Part shown: positions 17,673 through 27,538 of the stretch, one piece after another
Position numbering within the stretch: the first letter of the stretch is position 1
Layout: every line of letters starts with the position of its first letter
DNA from: an uncultured Methanosarcinales archaeon
Lineage (GTDB): Archaea; Nanobdellota; Nanobdellia; Woesearchaeales; DSVV01
Assembly (NCBI GenBank): GCA_964385055.1
Contig: CAYLMH010000005.1
Coordinates: 2,801-66,800 of the forward strand
Reading direction: 5' to 3'
DNA: 64,000 bases
Program-made: the position numbers and the translations under genes
The notes under the pieces: generated by a model
Seen by the model: only the letters and a program-made list of their open reading frames with translations
Databases searched by the model: none
Told to the model about the DNA's origin: nothing

Positions 17673-18641
17673 CTATTTTGCGATCTCTTTTTTCTCTTGT
17701 TCCTGAAGCGCATACGTGATTGTTGCCTCAATGTTGTGGACGAGAATTTCTAAAACACTTCTACAATAAACCACAAGCATAAGTTCTTCAGGGGAAATTG
17801 TCTTTTTTACTTGTGCAATTTCTTTTATTAGCGCGTCACGCACTTTATAGATTGTGGTTGCTTTATGATAATCAAATTTGTAAAAAAGATCATAATACAC
17901 GCGAACTGTTCCAAATATTTCACGCAATATACCAATTGTTTTTGGATGAACCTTTTTCATGGTCAAGACTTCTCGCGCAGCATATCTGAGCACGTCTCCT
18001 ATTTTATTGAGGTTCATGAGGATTGCGTACAACAAAATATTCTTGTATTTTTCCGGATACCCTATTCTGTTTAACAATCGCTCACAATATGCGATGAAAA
18101 TAAGGATATTGAAAAATTTTTGATCCATTGTTTCCAAAAGAACTTTATCGTCGTTTTCACATGCTTTCACAAACTCATCGCACGCATCCATAAGAAGAAG
18201 GAATGTTCGTCGTAACATGGATTCTAGCTCTTCAAATGATGGCTTTGAGATGCTTTTATAGACAAAATAATTTTCTTTCTGCTCAATGATTTGCATTCCA
18301 ACCCAGCGGCGGAGTTCTTCATGAAGCAATGTTGCGACTAAGACTTTCTCTCCAGTTCTATAATGCACTGCTGTTTTGTTCTTGAAATTTACTTTTATAA
18401 TATCATATCCTCTTCTGTACGCAGCGCGGAGAACGATGAATATGGATGTTCTATCAAGATCTGTGATGTCTAATGTAATTTCCTGAAGTGTATCTTCACG
18501 CTTCGTTGAAACTTCAAGCATATTGTCCTTTTCAACGACTTCTAGTTCATCGCCTTTTTTGACATTATACTTTTTCGTCCATTGTCTTGGAAGAGAAATT
18601 AATTGTGTCGAATCCGCAATCTGAATTACTTTTCGTCCCAT
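17673..18641 (-). CDS. AbrB/SpoVT-domain plus PhoU-like regulator
   Basis: N-terminus VIQIADSTQLISLPRQWTKKYNVKKGDELEV (AbrB swapped-hairpin type) followed by a helical PhoU-like repeat region. Confidence 0.6.
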   Translation of the reverse strand: MGRKVIQIADSTQLISLPRQWTKKYNVKKGDELEVVEKDNMLEVSTKREDTLQEITLDITDLDRTSIFIVLRAAYRRGYDIIKVNFKNKTAVHYRTGEKVLVATLLHEELRRWVGMQIIEQKENYFVYKSISKPSFEELESMLRRTFLLLMDACDEFVKACENDDKVLLETMDQKFFNILIFIAYCERLLNRIGYPEKYKNILLYAILMNLNKIGDVLRYAAREVLTMKKVHPKTIGILREIFGTVRVYYDLFYKFDYHKATTIYKVRDALIKEIAQVKKTISPEELMLVVYCRSVLEILVHNIEATITYALQEQEKKEIAK

Positions 18642-18736
18642 GAAGTATAGAATTGCTTACAAGTATATATATTTTGCTGTGCTTTTATATAATCCTTATC
18701 TTTTATTAACGGTCTCTTATCTACCTTATAGATTGC

Positions 18737-19747
18737 TTACACAATCCACACTTTATCGTCGATTATTGCGACAAGAACTTCTTTCTTTTCTCCTTTTTGA
18801 TATATTTCAGGATTCTCTACTTTTACGCTTTGGTATGTTTCTGGATGAAGGATTTCAACATCTGGGTATTCTTTTGTAATCTGGACTCTTCTGAACGTTT
18901 CTGGTGTTGCGCAGATTTTCATGCGCGCTTTCTCGTCAATCGTTGTTCGTTTTCCGTTTTTAAGATTTGTTCCTTGCAATTGTTTTCCAATATTGGTGAG
19001 TTTTAGGTATTTCTTTTCATACTCGACAATCGTGTTTACTTTGTACGATGGAAGTCGCACGCTTGCGTTAACCCGGTAAATGTCTTTGCTCGTTTGTCTG
19101 CTCTTGCTGTACAGTTCACCATGTGTTTTTCCTACTGCCCCGAATTTTTCGACGATTTTGTTGGTGATGATGGGAAGATATTGCTGTTTTGTGACGTAGT
19201 AATCAATGCCATTGGTGACTTCTTCCATTTTGGTTACAAACACGCCTTTTTCATTTGCGCGACCTACTTCCTGAAGAATGAATTCATGCGCTTTTTTGAG
19301 GACTTCTTTGTTTTCTCCTCGAAGTTGCAGAATTCCTTCAAAATATTCTGTTCTTGCTCGTGTGCATTTATCGCACATAATATGTTTTACTTTTATTGGA
19401 AATTCATGTTCTTCAAGGAGTTTTTGTTCATCGATCGTCGCTTCTGTCCGAAGCGTGACTGTTCCCATCTGCACTTTTCCATGCTCTGCTTTTAATTCAA
19501 TGTCTACATCAATCGCATCTGGTTGAATAATGAAATTGCAATGCTGCACCACTGCTTCTTTCATCGCTTCTTCTTCAGGTTTTGGATGCTTCCACTCTCT
19601 TTGATATTTGTAGGAACCGCAACTTTCGCAAATAAGCAGCGTATGCTCTTGATACGACTTCAATGTGGTGTGTTTTTTGCTGAAGCACTCATTACACAAG
19701 ACCGCGTTTTTCTGCTCTACTGCTTTTCCACATTGGATGCATTTCAT
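18737..19747 (-). CDS. NMD3 family (ribosomal large-subunit export/maturation) protein
   Basis: N-terminal Cys clusters CIQCGK..CNEC and CESCGSYKYQREW. Confidence 0.7.
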   Translation of the reverse strand: MKCIQCGKAVEQKNAVLCNECFSKKHTTLKSYQEHTLLICESCGSYKYQREWKHPKPEEEAMKEAVVQHCNFIIQPDAIDVDIELKAEHGKVQMGTVTLRTEATIDEQKLLEEHEFPIKVKHIMCDKCTRARTEYFEGILQLRGENKEVLKKAHEFILQEVGRANEKGVFVTKMEEVTNGIDYYVTKQQYLPIITNKIVEKFGAVGKTHGELYSKSRQTSKDIYRVNASVRLPSYKVNTIVEYEKKYLKLTNIGKQLQGTNLKNGKRTTIDEKARMKICATPETFRRVQITKEYPDVEILHPETYQSVKVENPEIYQKGEKKEVLVAIIDDKVWIV

Positions 19748-19881
19748 ATTGGTGAGTGTGCTTTGTTCCTATATAAACTTATGTTGCCTAAACTCCTTTC
19801 TCCCTGTTGCTTTTCTGTCACTACCAAATAATAGTAAATCTAGGGGAACCTTTAAATATAACCTCGAATTTAACGTTTATT

Positions 19882-20760
19882 ATGGGGTCATTAAGAAAAT
19901 TTCCTGGTTTAGAAGTACTTATGGAGGCTCTTCAAAAAGACACTGGTCTCCTTGACATGGCAATAACAGGTATTCCTGAATCACAACAAGAAATTCTGTA
20001 CACTACTCTTTTAGGGATGTCTCCAGAAGAGAGGCATAGGCTCTTGAGAATTTGCATCACGCATGGTTCTGAAGATCGTTCTTTTCTTCTTCAAACAATA
20101 GGAAATGGACTTATTGACAAACTCACTGCCGTTTATAATCGAACAAAATTTAACACTGATCTGAATGCAGCAATTGAAGTTGTTGATCGTACTTATCAGC
20201 TTCCTGCTCTCTTACAAAAAGAAAGACGATTAGAAGCGGTTTTAGGTCTTCCTCCTCGAGCATCTGCATCTCATAGTGATGTTACTCTACTCCTTCTTGA
20301 TATTGACAAATTTAAACGTGTTAATGATGTTTATGGACATCCAACAGGCGATCGTGCTCTTCAGCTCGTTGCAACAATTGCTGTTCAAAGTCTTCGCTTA
20401 GATGATCATCAACGCTTTTATCGATATGGTGGCGAAGAGTTTGCGGTTATATTACCTTATACTTCTCTTGAGCAGGGAATTATTGTTGCAGAACGTATTC
20501 GTCAGAATGTTGAGGAGAGACTCGCAGATTCACTTCCTAAAAAAGGGAGATCTCCTATTCGAGGAATTACTGTTTCTGTAGGTCTTGCAAACTATCGCGC
20601 AACAACAGCCATGGCGACTGAACTTATTAATCAGGCGGACTTTGCATTATATGCCGCAAAATATGCGGGAAGAAATTGTGTGAGAGTATACGACCAATCT
20701 CTGCTTGGAACGAAAGTGCAATCTGCCTATCTCAGAAAGTTGCAAAAAGAAGAGCAATAA
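19882..20760 (+). CDS. GGDEF-domain diguanylate cyclase
   Basis: DKLTAVYNRTKF, LLLLDIDKFKRVNDVYGHPTGD and RYGGEEFAVILP. Start chosen at ATG 19882; the ORF track begins at TTG 19807. Confidence 0.8.
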   Translation: MGSLRKFPGLEVLMEALQKDTGLLDMAITGIPESQQEILYTTLLGMSPEERHRLLRICITHGSEDRSFLLQTIGNGLIDKLTAVYNRTKFNTDLNAAIEVVDRTYQLPALLQKERRLEAVLGLPPRASASHSDVTLLLLDIDKFKRVNDVYGHPTGDRALQLVATIAVQSLRLDDHQRFYRYGGEEFAVILPYTSLEQGIIVAERIRQNVEERLADSLPKKGRSPIRGITVSVGLANYRATTAMATELINQADFALYAAKYAGRNCVRVYDQSLLGTKVQSAYLRKLQKEEQ

Positions 20761-20800
20761 AACCCAAACATTTTTAACGTTCCTTCTTTCATCTTTTTTT

Positions 20801-21427
20801 ATGCAATTTAAGGAAATACTCAAAAAAACATGGTGGTTTATCTGGGAAAGCGATAGCTGGTGGAGTTGGCCAGTAAACCTACTTCTCGCGTTTATTCTCA
20901 TTAAATTTATTGTGTATCCTGGTTTAGGGTTTATTTTTGGCACCGCGTTTCCTGTTGTCGCTGTTGTTTCTGGAAGTATGGAGCATGATGGAAGTTTTTC
21001 AGATTGGTGGCTGAGTAGCGCGTATTGTTCAGCATCTTGCTCTCAAGAGGATTGGTACGCAGGATATGGCATTACTGAGGAGCAATTTAAGGAATTCTCT
21101 TTCAAAAATGGTTTTAACAAAGGAGACATTATGGTTCTGAAAGGGGTGGAACCTAAAAATATTAAAATTGGAGATGTTTTAGTATTTCAAAGCGCGTATG
21201 GAAATGAGCCCATTATTCATCGTGTTGTCGCAATTTTTGGTGATGAAACGACTGGTTTTGTGTACCAAACAAAAGGGGATCACAATGGTGATTCTGGCAA
21301 TATTGATAAAGAAATTCAACAAGATGCAGTGTATGGAAAAGCAATATTCCGGATTCCATTCCTGGGCTGGATTAAGATTGCGTTTGTGTGGCTTTTCAGC
21401 CCGTTCATTGATCTTGTTTTTGGTTAA
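20801..21427 (+). CDS. Signal peptidase I (archaeal Sec11/S26B type)
   Basis: TM anchor, catalytic Ser box VVSGSME, IIHRV box and KGDHNGDSG. Confidence 0.75.
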   Translation: MQFKEILKKTWWFIWESDSWWSWPVNLLLAFILIKFIVYPGLGFIFGTAFPVVAVVSGSMEHDGSFSDWWLSSAYCSASCSQEDWYAGYGITEEQFKEFSFKNGFNKGDIMVLKGVEPKNIKIGDVLVFQSAYGNEPIIHRVVAIFGDETTGFVYQTKGDHNGDSGNIDKEIQQDAVYGKAIFRIPFLGWIKIAFVWLFSPFIDLVFG

Positions 21428-21457
21428 TATGTTTTATAATTATTGAGGTGGTTTACG

Positions 21458-21772
21458 ATGATGTTTTGTCCAAAATGTGGAGGATTACTTCTTCCAAAAG
21501 TAGATGGCAACAAAAAAACAATGCACTGCAAATGCGGTTATAGTACAAAGCAGGTTGACAGCGCAGTTATTTCTGAAAGAATGCAGGAAAAACAGGCAAT
21601 TAGTGTTGTAGAGAAGGAAATTGAACCACACCCGCTCACGATTGCAGAATGCCCTAAATGCAAGCATCGCAAGGCATATTTCTGGACAGTGCAGACAAGA
21701 GCTTCTGACGAACCAGAAACAAAGTTCATGAAATGCGAGAAATGCGAGCATGTCTGGCGGGATTATAGTTAG
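21458..21772 (+). CDS. tfs: Transcription factor S (TFS / RpoM-like)
   Basis: Two zinc ribbons (CPKCGG..CKCGY; CPKCKH..CEKCEH) and an acidic-loop motif QTRASDEPET. GAGGTG lies 8 nt upstream of the ATG. Confidence 0.85.
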   Translation: MMFCPKCGGLLLPKVDGNKKTMHCKCGYSTKQVDSAVISERMQEKQAISVVEKEIEPHPLTIAECPKCKHRKAYFWTVQTRASDEPETKFMKCEKCEHVWRDYS

Positions 21773-21777
21773 AACTT

Positions 21778-21800
21778 TGTTTTTTTTGTTTGCTTTTTGT
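21778..21800 (+). terminator. Oligo-T terminator
   Basis: GTTTTTTTTGTTTGCTTTTTGTT starts 6 nt after the tfs stop. Confidence 0.45.
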
Positions 21801-21881
21801 TGCAATTAAAAAAATATATAAAGCAGGTGCTACTCTATATATTTTCGAAAATAGTATAAAGATCCGTTTGGAGGTGTCTGT

Positions 21882-22076
21882 ATGGCAGGCGAAGATGACG
21901 ACAGCTTTTTAGAAGAAGATGCAGGAGATAAAGATCAACAGAACTTTGATGAGGATGTTGATAACGATGAGATCACTCCTGGAGAAGAAGGATTCTTACA
22001 AGGTTATGATTCTGCTGAAGGCGAAAGCGAAGAAAAAACAGAGAAGCCTAAAGAAGAAGAGGAAGAAGGAAAGTAA
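21882..22076 (+). CDS. Small highly acidic protein (hypothetical)
   Basis: 64 aa, Asp/Glu-rich, with GGAGGTG upstream of the ATG. Confidence 0.5.
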   Translation: MAGEDDDSFLEEDAGDKDQQNFDEDVDNDEITPGEEGFLQGYDSAEGESEEKTEKPKEEEEEGK

Positions 22077-22159
22077 GGTTTTCTTTTTTATTTTTTTATT
22101 TCTGATTATTTGATCTTTTGTATTTCTTATCATGTTAATTGTTCTAATTTTTAGTAAAC

Positions 22160-22216
22160 ACACCATTGCTGCTGCAATGGGTCCCCCTGACATTTTGCCT
22201 TTGCAGATGCGTGTTT
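22160..22216 (-). repeat. Intergenic hairpin module, copy 3a (reverse orientation)
   Basis: The reverse complement reads AAACACGCAT, 13 nt, AATGTCAGGGGGACCC, then stem CCATTGC/GCAATGG. Confidence 0.7.
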
Positions 22217-22277
22217 TGTGTTGCCTGGCGTTTGCTACTTATTTAACTGCTTCTTAATCGCCAAGATAACTTTATTG

Positions 22278-22318
22278 CCAGGGGGACCCACGCAACGCGA
22301 AGCATTGCGTGGGGTTTT
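22278..22318 (+). repeat. Intergenic hairpin module, copy 3b (no ACACGCAC box)
   Basis: TTGCCAGGGGGACCC, stem CCCACGCAA/TTGCGTGGG, then GGGGTTTT. Confidence 0.7.
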
Positions 22319-22391
22319 ATGGAAAAAGTATAGTTAAAGTGAACAAAAAGAGTAAAGAACAAAGCAAGAGAGGAAATAACAAAAAACATAA

Positions 22392-24287
22392 CTAATGAAT
22401 TCTCCTCTTATCAATTAATTCACTTACATAAAGAATTGCTGCGAGGAACACCACATAAAAGAGCAAAATAAATACATCATTGCCTGCAGAAAAGAATGAA
22501 TTTCCAAAGATCACCAACTGACGAAGAACTCCTTCACTGAGCACAAACGGATTATAGACTGCAATAGAACCAATGGTTTCTGACAAGCTTTCGATAGGAA
22601 TAAGGAACGAAGAAAAGAGCAGGAAAATACTGGAAAGTGAGATAGAAGCAAGCGTGGATGTTTCTTCAGAAACAAAAAGATACCCTATTGACATACCAAG
22701 GAGAATAAAGATAGAACCAATAATAAGGATTGCGAATAAGATAGAAAGAAAATTTGAAAAGATGGAAACACCAAACGCGAGATCTGCAATAATAAGGAGA
22801 ATCATCGCCTGGAAAAAGACAACAATAATGTTGGTGAGATAAATGCTCACTAAAAATGTAAAGTCTGGAATTGGCGTGATATAATTCCTAAAGTACGCGC
22901 GGGATTGTTTTTCAGTCATAACTATTGTAGAAGAAAGAAGAATGCTCATGAACATGATCACAAGAACAATAAGCGCAGGCATGGTATAATCAAGATACGA
23001 CTTTTTCTCAAGAATAGGTTTGATACGAGTGAGAACAGGGTTCACAATATCCTCTGCGTCGCCGACAGCCGCTGAAGACATGCTATCGCTGATTTCGCTG
23101 ATACTTTGCTGCACAGCGTCAATCGTCGCGATATTTTCATCAAGCAGCGCGATCATTGCGTCAATGTCAGCGGCGATCGCGTCCTTTTGATCGCTGATTT
23201 CGTCAATTTTCGCGGAACTGCTTTCAAGCTGGCTTTGTAGTGAGTCAAGATTTGTCTGTGCTGCCGCAAGAACAGATTCCTGCTGTGATTGCGCGGTTTC
23301 AAGCTGGCTGCGAACATCGTCAAGTTGCTCTTGGAGTTCATCAAAATCTGAACTAATACTTTCTGCTTCTGACGCAGCAGATTCAAGCGCGTCCTGCACA
23401 GAAGTGAGATCTGTGCAAGGATCAAAAGAAAGTCCTTCCACAGAACTAAAATCAAACGCGCACGCAAGAGAAGCGTACTCATCAACAGTGTCCTGAAAAT
23501 CAGTAATCTGATCAACTTGACTGCTCAACTCTTCTTCAAATGAAGAAATATAGGATTCAAGATCGTCAAGAAGCGCTTCGCCTGTCGCGGTCGTTTCTTC
23601 TGCAATGGTTCCAAACTCATCGATCTGACTACTGCTCTCGGAAATATAGGATTCAACATCACTAATCCCAAACTCGCTGCTGCTCACTTCAATACCACTG
23701 AGTTCAGCAGAAAGGGTTTCAAGACTTTGTTTCATCTGTTCTGCGTTAGCAGAAAGATCACTAATCAACGATGCTTTTTCAGAAATCTGCGCAGCGGTCG
23801 CGTTCATCTGTTCGATAAGCAGTTTCGTGTATTCAACACTCAGATCAGTAGAAATATCTTCGACTTCTCCAGTAATAACATTAAGAATCGTAAAGACTAA
23901 ATTAACTTTACTGTAATCTACATGGAAAATAATTTCACGAGCTATGGATTCTTCAGACAAACTTCCAGGAAAACTAATGCAAAGGTGCACACCACCACTT
24001 TTCACAAGATCAATACATTCTTCTTCTGTTGAAGTAGTAGTGACTGCAAAATCATTGTCCTCAAGACTCTTAAGAATTTGATCGAGTACCTCATTCTCTT
24101 CTGCTGCGTAAACACCGACACGAATGCCGTGAAGGCTCGAAGTATTAAACGCTGCGCCAATGAGAAAGATAATAAAAAAAGGACCAAGAAGAATAACAAG
24201 CGCAGAAGAGCGGGATCTAATAAGAACACGGAAATTCTTCTTAATCATCTCAAGAACAATCTTGAGATACGCAACTGGATTCATCAT
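22392..24287 (-). CDS. ABC-2 type transporter permease with a very long coiled-coil ectodomain (YhgE/Pip-like layout)
   Basis: N-terminal TM segment, then about 350 aa of Ser/Glu/Asp/Gln-rich helical region, then 5 C-terminal TM segments. Confidence 0.65.
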   Translation of the reverse strand: MMNPVAYLKIVLEMIKKNFRVLIRSRSSALVILLGPFFIIFLIGAAFNTSSLHGIRVGVYAAEENEVLDQILKSLEDNDFAVTTTSTEEECIDLVKSGGVHLCISFPGSLSEESIAREIIFHVDYSKVNLVFTILNVITGEVEDISTDLSVEYTKLLIEQMNATAAQISEKASLISDLSANAEQMKQSLETLSAELSGIEVSSSEFGISDVESYISESSSQIDEFGTIAEETTATGEALLDDLESYISSFEEELSSQVDQITDFQDTVDEYASLACAFDFSSVEGLSFDPCTDLTSVQDALESAASEAESISSDFDELQEQLDDVRSQLETAQSQQESVLAAAQTNLDSLQSQLESSSAKIDEISDQKDAIAADIDAMIALLDENIATIDAVQQSISEISDSMSSAAVGDAEDIVNPVLTRIKPILEKKSYLDYTMPALIVLVIMFMSILLSSTIVMTEKQSRAYFRNYITPIPDFTFLVSIYLTNIIVVFFQAMILLIIADLAFGVSIFSNFLSILFAILIIGSIFILLGMSIGYLFVSEETSTLASISLSSIFLLFSSFLIPIESLSETIGSIAVYNPFVLSEGVLRQLVIFGNSFFSAGNDVFILLFYVVFLAAILYVSELIDKRRIH

Positions 24288-24312
24288 TTTTATTCCTTCC
24301 TTGTATGAGTTC

Positions 24313-25551
24313 TTATGTCATTTTAATCATAACCGCATTCACGACATCTTCAGGCCAACCTTGTTGAAGTAACGTTTGCCGTGCCTGCTCTTTTGTATAA
24401 CCGCGAGCAAGTATTTTTTTGATGTAATCAACAAGCTGATCTTCGCTTGAGCCGCGGATTTTTTGTTTTTCTGTTAATGCTTCAAACACTTCGTTAAGAC
24501 TTGGCTTGTCCACGTGAACGTCAAGCAAGCGCTCACGCATCGCTTCCAAGATCAACAAAATTTTGTGCAAGACAAATTCTGCCTGAGATGTATAGACAAT
24601 AAGTTTATGATCGTGCACAGTAATGTAATTCACAGGCAATCGCTCGCGTCGAATTTCTGCGGCAATCTGCGGATATTTTCCTGGGAATGTTTCAAGATGA
24701 ATTTCTTCATCCTTGCTATACAAATCTTTGAGCTGATCAGGAGGACCAACTTTCAATAACTCTCCATGATTAATAATACCAATTCTCGTGCAGAAGTGGC
24801 CGATTTCCCCAAGCAAGTGACTCGAAACAATAATCGTTGTTCCAGTCGCGTTAATTTTGGTGATCAACTCCCACATATGTTTTCGAAGACCTGGGTCAAG
24901 TCCTGCAGTAGGTTCGTCTAAAATAAGAATCTTGGGAGAATGCATCAGCGAGCATGCAAGATCTAAGCGCCGTCGCATCCCCCCCGAGAGATTCTTTGCT
25001 TGAGCATTACGAAAATCAGTCAGTTCGACAAGGCCAAGAAGATTTTCAGCGCGTTCCTTGATTTCTTTTTGAGAAACACCATAAAGCTGACCAAAATAAT
25101 GGAGATTTTCATAGAGCGTCAATTTTTCGTAGAAACAATTATCCTGACTTCCGAAACCAAAGATTGTTCGAATAAGGTGCGGATTTTTGGAAATATCTTT
25201 GTCCTGATAAAGGATCATTCCAGAATTTATTTTGTAAAAACCGATGAGACAGCGAAGCAATGTTGTTTTTCCTGCGCCGCTTGCGCCAATGAGCCCAAAA
25301 ATTTCTCCAGGAAAGATAGATAAAGTAATGTCTCGAAGAATCAATTGTTTTTCTATTTTTTTGTAGACATTCTGAAAACTAATGAGTGGCGCATGCGCAG
25401 GAGCTATATCATGCGGAGAAGGGTTTGCAGTATTTTGAGGAGGAGCAACCTGATTTTGCAAAGGGAGAGCAGAAGCTCTCGCTGAGGAATTTCTAGGAAT
25501 CAACCTATGTAAAAGTCCTCCACCTTCAGGCGGAGAAGTGTTTGCTTGCAT
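24313..25551 (-). CDS. ABC transporter ATP-binding protein with N- and C-terminal extensions
   Basis: Walker A GASGAGKTT, signature LSGGMRRR and Walker B ILILDEP. Pro-rich 60-aa N-terminus. Confidence 0.85.
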   Translation of the reverse strand: MQANTSPPEGGGLLHRLIPRNSSARASALPLQNQVAPPQNTANPSPHDIAPAHAPLISFQNVYKKIEKQLILRDITLSIFPGEIFGLIGASGAGKTTLLRCLIGFYKINSGMILYQDKDISKNPHLIRTIFGFGSQDNCFYEKLTLYENLHYFGQLYGVSQKEIKERAENLLGLVELTDFRNAQAKNLSGGMRRRLDLACSLMHSPKILILDEPTAGLDPGLRKHMWELITKINATGTTIIVSSHLLGEIGHFCTRIGIINHGELLKVGPPDQLKDLYSKDEEIHLETFPGKYPQIAAEIRRERLPVNYITVHDHKLIVYTSQAEFVLHKILLILEAMRERLLDVHVDKPSLNEVFEALTEKQKIRGSSEDQLVDYIKKILARGYTKEQARQTLLQQGWPEDVVNAVMIKMT

Positions 25552-25616
25552 GCTACAGATTTTTGACTATTTTGTGCATATAAAGCTTCGTAGTAACTGG
25601 AGAATAGTAATCTCTT

Positions 25617-26030
25617 TTACGCAGTGCGTCTGTTATACTGCCAAAGAGGTTTTGAAGGATCATTCTTTCTCCAGAGATAGACTTCATCAGGAGAAGTATA
25701 AACACGAAGAGGATATTCTTCAAAAGGAAGCGGAGATCTCCGTGTATAATTTGGATCATAAACCAAGCCATCGCTCAGAAGAACATCATGATAAGAGATA
25801 TACGCATTCGATTCATGAATAAAAGGAAACCCACCTGCATTTGCAACAAGAATAACTGCTTCATATCCTAACTGCAAGAAATCAGCAGACATTCGCTTCG
25901 CTCTGTCACGACAACCATTAAAGTGTGTTCCACCAGTACGGCGAAGTGCAGAAACTTCATCACAATATCTCAGATAAACATCAAGAGGAGTGCGTGTAGA
26001 AATAAGGGAAGTTGGATGTGGAATAACCAT
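25617..26030 (-). CDS. Hypothetical protein (possible Cys-His-Asp papain/transglutaminase-like fold, weak)
   Basis: The order GC ... YHDVLL ... VYDP is suggestive only. Confidence 0.4.
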   Translation of the reverse strand: MVIPHPTSLISTRTPLDVYLRYCDEVSALRRTGGTHFNGCRDRAKRMSADFLQLGYEAVILVANAGGFPFIHESNAYISYHDVLLSDGLVYDPNYTRRSPLPFEEYPLRVYTSPDEVYLWRKNDPSKPLWQYNRRTA

Positions 26031-26154
26031 GAAACGCTAAAGTTGAAAATGCTATTTAAACACTCTTGACAAAAAAATTCCTAAGAGGGGAAAATATTCA
26101 CAAAAGAATAATGTAGTCAAAGATGTAGTAAAAGGAAAAGAGAGAAAAAGAGAA

Positions 26155-27444
26155 TTAAAGCACAATCTCTAAATCATGTTTTGTGCAGGTTTGTATATCA
26201 TTCTGAAGAGCAAGAAGTGTTTCAGGGATCGCAAGGACTGCAATTTCTGCGACACATTTTTCTTTTTGCTGCGCATAAGCGTCTGCTTTCTCCTTATACG
26301 TTTTAAACATATAGGCAGCCTCATCATGTTGCTGTTTCGCGAAATCTGAAGCGCATCTTTTCTCAATTTCTTTCTGTTGCTGAACAAGAACATGATGTTC
26401 AGTGAGATACAAGCGAAGATAGTCTTCAGTAAAAAGAGCAAGTTCATTGGCTGTTTTCTCTTTTTTGTCATCTTTTATTTCAAGCGCGTCGGCAAGAAGC
26501 TGTTCACGAACAAGAGCCAAGACAGAAATAAGAGAGAAAGAAGTATCCTGCTCCAACGCTGCAAGAGGACTTTCAAGATAAGGCAAAAGAAGCTGTTCTT
26601 TTTCAGGCTGTAGTTTCATAAATTTACGAAGCGCTTTATCAAGCACAGAAAAGTGAGAACGAAGAATCTGAAGATGGGCATCTGTTTTTTTAGAAGCAAT
26701 TTCCTTTTCAAGAAGCGAATGAAGATAGTGTTGATAAGAAGAACTTTCCTCTACCTTCTTCCGTTTCTCTTCAGCCTGCGTCTCCAGTTCTTTAAAGTGC
26801 GCGTAATCTTCTTCTGCCTGTTTTTGTTCAGCGAGAAGCTTTTCCTTTTGGTTGATCTTTTGCTTCACAAGGTCGATTTGTTTTTTGATGTCCGTTATTG
26901 CTTCAATGCTTTGTTTGCTGAGGAGTTGCTGGAGTTGTTTGATTACTTCATCAAGATCCTTAATGTTCTTTGCAACAGCGTACGCTTCATTGGCAAAAAA
27001 GTGCTGGAGAACTGCGTATGGTTTCAATGTCGCTGCGTGATACCCTTCAATATCTTTAAAATAGAGGGAAGCAAGAAGTTTCATGTCAACGTAGTCAAGT
27101 TTTTCTTTTGTCGTAATCGCTGAGAGTTGCGCATGAAATTGACGTGAGCGCAGGATGTAAGAACTTTTGTTGCCTTTCATGATACCAAGTTCTCGAGCGC
27201 CAACATTTTTGTTGCGAAGCTCTGCATGTTCCAGGTTCGTGAGATTTGCGTCAAGAGCAAAGAGACAGTCATCTATTTTTTCAAGAAGAGGCTGCGCTGT
27301 TTCAGTCACGCTTTTCGCGTTCTGCAAAAGCCGCTGTTCAAGCCATGCATCGAGTTCAGAGAAAGGAACAGTATGTCTGGGAAGAATGACTTCAACTTCT
27401 TCCTGCGCAAAGAATTGTTTGATTTTTTGAATAAGCTGTCGCAT
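26155..27444 (-). CDS. Coiled-coil protein (hypothetical)
   Basis: 429 aa, Lys/Glu/Gln/Leu-rich helical sequence. Confidence 0.6.
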   Translation of the reverse strand: MRQLIQKIKQFFAQEEVEVILPRHTVPFSELDAWLEQRLLQNAKSVTETAQPLLEKIDDCLFALDANLTNLEHAELRNKNVGARELGIMKGNKSSYILRSRQFHAQLSAITTKEKLDYVDMKLLASLYFKDIEGYHAATLKPYAVLQHFFANEAYAVAKNIKDLDEVIKQLQQLLSKQSIEAITDIKKQIDLVKQKINQKEKLLAEQKQAEEDYAHFKELETQAEEKRKKVEESSSYQHYLHSLLEKEIASKKTDAHLQILRSHFSVLDKALRKFMKLQPEKEQLLLPYLESPLAALEQDTSFSLISVLALVREQLLADALEIKDDKKEKTANELALFTEDYLRLYLTEHHVLVQQQKEIEKRCASDFAKQQHDEAAYMFKTYKEKADAYAQQKEKCVAEIAVLAIPETLLALQNDIQTCTKHDLEIVL

Positions 27445-27538
27445 GAAGAGGTGAGAATGCGGCAGTTTTTATATGTTATGAGAAAAAAGAGTAAAATACC
27501 CTATAAATTTTATAAACAAAGAAGCATTATTCCCTAAC

